In this document: piece by piece, positions 50,751 through 55,221 of the stretch | Layout: each line of letters opens with the position of its first letter | Numbering within the stretch: the stretch's first letter is position 1 | NCBI GenBank assembly: GCA_964511215.1 | Contig: CAZEER010000005.1 | Coordinates: 1-55,221 of the forward strand | Origin: an uncultured bacterium | GTDB taxonomy: Bacteria > Fidelibacterota > Marinisomatia > Marinisomatales > UBA1611 | DNA: 55,221 nt | Direction: 5' to 3' | The notes under the pieces: generated by a model | Databases searched by the model: none | Told to the model about the DNA's origin: nothing | Seen by the model: the letters and a program-made list of their open reading frames with translations, nothing else | Translations under genes and position numbers: made by a program

Positions 50751-51778
50751 CTAACTCCTTTTTTTGGTTTATATCTAATCAAACATTTAAATGAAAATTT
50801 TAAATGATCAAAAAATGATCGATCTGAGTGTCTCATTATTGGAGATTTATAATATTGATACAATAGCATTAATGAATAAACGGAAGGATTATCAATGATA
50901 TTTAACCAATATCCAGATATTTTATCATAAAATTCAGGTTCAGGATAAAATTTCTTTTTTTTATTTGCATTAAATAGGATATCAAGCCATCCTAACATAT
51001 TAAGATTCAATTTATAATCTTCATGCATAATCTTTTTTTTTAAATTCATATGGTTTTCAAGAATATAGTTTGATGGTTGTAATCCTAAAATTAAAAGTTG
51101 TTTTAAAATAATCTTTTTTGAATTTTTTTTTATTAATCCAGTATTATTTGTTAGGTTTTTATCATGTTTTCTGTATTTACCAACTATTTCTGGCAGATTT
51201 ATTATTTTCATTTTAGTTGAAATATCTGTAATTAATTGAAAGTCTTCACTACACTCAACACTTCCGTCCCAGCCAAACTCATCTATCATTGATTTTCTAT
51301 ACATAACGCATGAATGAATAAAACAATTTTTAAAAAGTAGCATCACCATAGTTTCTTCTGATGATAAAGCTAAACCCATCATTTTTTCTCTTGATTTTCC
51401 ATCTTTATTAATTTTTTCAGCTATACCACCTACAAGACCATATTGAGTGTTTTTTTCAAGAAATTGTTGTTGAATTTCTAAACGATTTGGCATTGAAATA
51501 TCATCCGCATCTAAAATCGCAATATATTTCCCAGACGAGTTATTTAATGCTGTTATTCTTGATTCCAAGGAACCACGGTTCCGATCATGCTTTATTATTT
51601 TTATTCTACTGTCATGAAATGATTCTACTATCTTTAATGTGTCATCAGTTGAAGCATCATCAACTATTATTAATTCAAAATTATCATAAGTTTGATCTAA
51701 TATACTCTGCAAAGCTTCTGCTATAAATGGAGCTCCATTAAATACAACCATATTTACAGAAACAAGATTATTTTGCAT
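50747..51778 (-). CDS. Glycosyltransferase family 2
   Basis: VSVNMVVFNG, VDDASTDDT, ILDADDISMPNRL, SEDF. Confidence 0.92.
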   Translation of the reverse strand: MQNNLVSVNMVVFNGAPFIAEALQSILDQTYDNFELIIVDDASTDDTLKIVESFHDSRIKIIKHDRNRGSLESRITALNNSSGKYIAILDADDISMPNRLEIQQQFLEKNTQYGLVGGIAEKINKDGKSREKMMGLALSSEETMVMLLFKNCFIHSCVMYRKSMIDEFGWDGSVECSEDFQLITDISTKMKIINLPEIVGKYRKHDKNLTNNTGLIKKNSKKIILKQLLILGLQPSNYILENHMNLKKKIMHEDYKLNLNMLGWLDILFNANKKKKFYPEPEFYDKISGYWLNIIDNPSVYSLMLLYQYYKSPIMRHSDRSFFDHLKFSFKCLIRYKPKKGVR

Positions 51779-51838
51779 TTACTAAAATAGTTTTATAGAA
51801 CCGAATCAAAAAACAAGATATTTTTTACAATTAGGCAC

Positions 51839-54400
51839 CTAATAATCAAGATCATTTAATGAAATAAATTTTGAACCTTTCTTAATCAGCATTTCATTAT
51901 TTTCCACTATCGAATTATAAAAATTCCATGCTAGTACTATTATTATATCAGGAGGATTTTTTAAGGCTACAGTTTTACTCGTAATAAGAATATCCGTACC
52001 AGGTAAATAGTGTCCATGCTTTAATTCATTATCTTCAATAATGTAATCGATATCTCGAACTGTGATATTATAGTAGTTTAATAGTGTAGTTGCTTTTGCT
52101 GGTGAACCATAGCCTACTATCGATTGATTTTGCTTTTTTAAACTTTTTAAATTACTTAGTATTTTATGTTTTTTGGTTTCGACTCTTAGCCCAAATTCCT
52201 TATAGAATTCATAATTATCTAAACCATGTGTTTTTTCATTTGCAATAAATTCAGAAACACTAGAGTCTATTTCAAACATCTTTTGTTTACTTATATATAC
52301 TCTAAGTGAACCACCATGAGTAGGAATGTGCTCAACCTTAAATATTTGGAAATCAAGTTTGACAAAAAAATTATTCAGCGAAGTAACTGACCAATAATTT
52401 AAATGTTCATGATAAATATTATCAAAAGTTAAATCCTTAATTGTATCCAATATATACTGCACTTCTATTATAAAGACACCATCTTTTTTGAGCATTTCAA
52501 ATACGCCCAAAGTAAAATCTTTAACATTATCCGTATGGGCAAAAACATTGCATGCAGTTACAATATCTGCTTTACCATTCTCTTTTATTATCTTATCTGC
52601 TATTTTTCTATCGAAATATGCATTGATAGTATTAATCCCTGATTTTCGTGCAACTTGACATATATTAATTGCTGGTTCAACTCCAAGGATATTGATATTA
52701 TTATTTTTCAAGCACGTTAAAAGAATCCCATCATTGCTACCAATATCAATTACGAAAGAATTAACATTAAGAGAAAAATTTTCAATGATATTATCGCTTA
52801 ATTTTTTAAAATGACTCCTGAACACTTCACTAGTTGATGAAACATAGAGATACTCATCAAACATTTTTTCAGGCGGTACAACAAAAGAAAGTTGTGCATT
52901 TGAACATTGTGAACAATATTGCATTTCAAGAGGATATTTGAATTCTTTTATTTTATTATCTTTGGACAGATTGTTTGCAAGAGGGGATAAACCCAAGGAA
53001 ATTATAGGTTTGAGTTTATAATTATCACAAACTCTGCATAAATATTTATAGTGATTAGTGTAGCTATTTTTTAACCTATCATCAACAAGCTGATATGGAA
53101 TAGTATGTGTTACACCATAATTCACATGGTCCCTTTCTCCCTTAACAAGATTTATAAAAATAGAATCCTCAATAAATATCATTGTATGTGCAACGTTAGG
53201 AGGGATTATGGATAGATCCCCTTCATTAATAATATTTGTATGCATCACTGAATCTTTGTTAGCTAAATCTTTTAATACACTTATATATCTACCTTTTATT
53301 AGTAGACATTTTTGTTCTTGAACCGGATGAAAATGATTTGCTCTCATTGTTCCTGATTTAGATTCAATATAACCAATAAGATTTATTGATTCAGGTAAAT
53401 GATAATTGCTTATTTTACCCCTATCATCAATATATTCATCCTTCCCATTTTTTATTATCTCTGTAGCTTGATCCTTAGTTTTGAAAGACCACTTATCTAT
53501 CATTTCTTCAATTGATTTTTCTAAGTTATATTTAAAGTCAAAACCTAAATTCATCAACTTTTTATTAGAAAATGTATAACCAAGATTCGGTACTTTTTCA
53601 TTTGTTTTAATTATTTTTAGATTTTGTTTAAATCTTTTACAAATCTCTGCAACATCTTTTATTGTAACATTTTCATTTGAGCAATGAAAAATCTCTCTGC
53701 TAGTCATTTTATTTTCCCCTAAAAATTTAAGGCATCTCGCCGCATCAAAAACTGATATAAGACTCTTATATTGTCTACCACCAGAGAAGAGTCTAATTGT
53801 GCCATCTTGGGAGGCTATTTTTGAGAAAAAATTAGGCATAATATTTAATCTCATCATGTCGTTTGTATATCCATATACCGTGCCCAACCTAGCAATAACA
53901 AAATTATTTTTTGAGTTCAGTAAGTCATTTTCTGTTATTACTTTCCCTTTGGCATAGGATAAAACCGGAACCGTATCCTCATCTTCTTTAATATCATGCT
54001 GAACATCTTTTAACCCCTCAAAAACTACATGAGTTGATGGGAAAACAATTTTACTTTTTGGAGGCGCATTATCGATTATGTATCTCGATGCATTTACTCC
54101 AACATCATGAATTAATTCATCTTTTTTATTTACTTGATCATCATTTGTTCTGGCAACATCAGTGATCCCAGCAAGATGGTAAATAAGATCCCCATCTTTT
54201 AGAAGATTTTTTAATAATTTCAAATCTCTTATATCACCTTGCACATATTTTATCCCCCATTCACTTAATTGTGATACGGATTTTGAAGCAAAGCGATTAT
54301 CAAGAACTACAATTTCATTATTTCTACTACTTCCTGAATAGAGTTTGCAAAGTTCGGATCCAATATAACCCAACCCCCCAGTAATTATAATTTTTTTCAT
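51839..54400 (-). CDS. Trifunctional fusion: SDR epimerase/reductase + RmlC/FdtA-like cupin + NDP-sugar C3-methyltransferase
   Basis: ~aa1-305: ITGGLGYIG, YAKGK, RLGTVYG. ~aa310-445: DDRG, RANHFH, PPNVAH. ~aa450-853: CRVC/CSQC Zn ligands, PLAN, DIGSNDG, NVFAH, IYHEH, HGGSLR, GYGSPAKA, LAWNF. Confidence 0.88.
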   Translation of the reverse strand: MKKIIITGGLGYIGSELCKLYSGSSRNNEIVVLDNRFASKSVSQLSEWGIKYVQGDIRDLKLLKNLLKDGDLIYHLAGITDVARTNDDQVNKKDELIHDVGVNASRYIIDNAPPKSKIVFPSTHVVFEGLKDVQHDIKEDEDTVPVLSYAKGKVITENDLLNSKNNFVIARLGTVYGYTNDMMRLNIMPNFFSKIASQDGTIRLFSGGRQYKSLISVFDAARCLKFLGENKMTSREIFHCSNENVTIKDVAEICKRFKQNLKIIKTNEKVPNLGYTFSNKKLMNLGFDFKYNLEKSIEEMIDKWSFKTKDQATEIIKNGKDEYIDDRGKISNYHLPESINLIGYIESKSGTMRANHFHPVQEQKCLLIKGRYISVLKDLANKDSVMHTNIINEGDLSIIPPNVAHTMIFIEDSIFINLVKGERDHVNYGVTHTIPYQLVDDRLKNSYTNHYKYLCRVCDNYKLKPIISLGLSPLANNLSKDNKIKEFKYPLEMQYCSQCSNAQLSFVVPPEKMFDEYLYVSSTSEVFRSHFKKLSDNIIENFSLNVNSFVIDIGSNDGILLTCLKNNNINILGVEPAINICQVARKSGINTINAYFDRKIADKIIKENGKADIVTACNVFAHTDNVKDFTLGVFEMLKKDGVFIIEVQYILDTIKDLTFDNIYHEHLNYWSVTSLNNFFVKLDFQIFKVEHIPTHGGSLRVYISKQKMFEIDSSVSEFIANEKTHGLDNYEFYKEFGLRVETKKHKILSNLKSLKKQNQSIVGYGSPAKATTLLNYYNITVRDIDYIIEDNELKHGHYLPGTDILITSKTVALKNPPDIIIVLAWNFYNSIVENNEMLIKKGSKFISLNDLDY

Positions 54401-54421
54401 ATATTAGCCATTATTTCCAAT

Positions 54422-55221
54422 CTAGTTTTTTAAAATAATCCAATCTTTTGGAATTAAATCTTTTGTGTCATGCTGTGAGTATGATTTACCCAACCAGACG
54501 TCTGGTGCAATTACTTTCTTTTTTTTGTTTTGGTTTAACCAAGCTGCCCACCAACTAAAACTGCTATTAGAGATTATATTATGATCACAATATGACATAA
54601 GAATCAAATCCGTGATATCATCATGATTTTCAGAAAAAAAAGTGTTTTCATCTTTCAAATTTCTCTTACACCATCCAATATCTTTATGTGTATCTGAAAA
54701 AACTAAAAATACTGAATCTTTAAAATGAGATTTTGCCTTTTTAAAATATTCTAAATCTAATAATGGATGATATAAATCCATATCCGGTCTTGAAACACCT
54801 GTTCTATGATCATAAGGTTTCTGATCAGTTGGAATGAAATCTCCCCTTCGACAATGTAGTGCCACAATATTTTTCCCACAGGTTTTTTTTATCTTACTAA
54901 TGTAATCTTTACAATAATTACTAATTTTTTTATTCTTTGGAACTATTTCGGTTAATAAATCAGAACGAATATCTTTGAAATATTTTTCATTCTGAAAAAA
55001 GCCATTCAAATTATATTTCTTATATTTTTTAAAAATATTTTTATTAAAACAAAACCACTTTTGTTCATGATATTCTACTTTTTCAATAATATCTAAGAGA
55101 TATTTATTAGTATAAATACAATTTAATTGAAATTGAGATATTCTATTATACTTACTAATTGGCAACAATAATTTGACCTTATTCTTTTTTGAATAGGATT
55201 TTGCAGTTGCATATTGAAATA
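54422..55221 (-). CDS. Glycosyltransferase family 11 (alpha-1,2-fucosyltransferase-like), 5'-truncated by window edge
   Basis: GFFQNEKYF, HCRRGD, FSD, IISNSSFSWWAAWL, IAPDVW. The frame stays open to the window edge and reads FQYATAKSY, part of the GT11 N-terminal GNQxFQYA motif. Confidence 0.88.
   Translation of the reverse strand, partial: FQYATAKSYSKKNKVKLLLPISKYNRISQFQLNCIYTNKYLLDIIEKVEYHEQKWFCFNKNIFKKYKKYNLNGFFQNEKYFKDIRSDLLTEIVPKNKKISNYCKDYISKIKKTCGKNIVALHCRRGDFIPTDQKPYDHRTGVSRPDMDLYHPLLDLEYFKKAKSHFKDSVFLVFSDTHKDIGWCKRNLKDENTFFSENHDDITDLILMSYCDHNIISNSSFSWWAAWLNQNKKKKVIAPDVWLGKSYSQHDTKDLIPKDWIILKN

Larger units (their letters stand above)
5082..55221 (-). other. Large surface polysaccharide/glycoconjugate biosynthesis locus (continues beyond right edge)
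   Basis: About 39 co-oriented genes with many overlapping or abutting stop/start junctions; nearly all belong to glycan assembly or modification families. Confidence 0.95.

Noticed and set aside
11902-51726. Short plus-strand ORFs (11902, 12463, 12717, 14650, 21933, 27005, 30158, 32679, 42304, 43473, 47295, 50495, 51487)
   Set aside because: All lie antisense to clear minus-strand genes and show no recognisable protein features.
32303-54400. Antibiotic or secondary-metabolite cluster (radical SAM, C-methyltransferase, ligase, aminotransferase)
   Set aside because: No scaffold enzymes (PKS, NRPS, precursor peptide), regulator or exporter; the context is Wzy/Wzi/PGT surface glycan synthesis.
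1-55221. CRISPR arrays, tRNA/rRNA, IS elements, integrases, JUMPstart/ops elements, strong intrinsic terminators, long phase-variable repeats
   Set aside because: None seen by eye. Intergenic gaps are at most about 170 bp, and A/T runs of 8-10 nt are expected at this composition. Operon-leader elements would lie beyond the right edge.

Overview
AT-rich bacterial DNA, probably from an FCB-superphylum organism; a Marinimicrobia-like marine lineage is a guess from the gene repertoire, not a proven assignment. The left ~5 kb holds the 3' end of an OPT-family transporter, a PorZ-like beta-propeller protein with a T9SS/FlgD-type C-terminal domain, two orphan secreted proteins and a succinate-semialdehyde dehydrogenase. 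From 5082 to the right edge, and continuing beyond it, is one tightly packed minus-strand surface-glycan locus of about 39 genes. It encodes ~20 glycosyltransferases (8 GT2, 7 GT4, one exostosin/GT47-like, one GT11, 2-3 GT-C and one GT-A-like unknown), Wzy- and Wzi-like proteins, three AsnB-type amidotransferases, two DegT aminotransferases, two B12-binding radical SAM enzymes, several SAM methyltransferases and four multi-domain fusions (PGT+4,6-dehydratase; GT2+methyltransferase; DPM1-like GT2+CapK/PaaK ligase; SDR+cupin+C-methyltransferase). The best candidate for an undescribed system is the 32.3-44.9 kb block. It reads like an ArnABC/T-type lipid-carrier sugar-transfer pathway rebuilt around an adenylate-forming ligase and a cobalamin radical SAM enzyme. 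I saw no RNA genes, CRISPR arrays or mobile elements. All family calls come from motifs read by eye; no database search was run.
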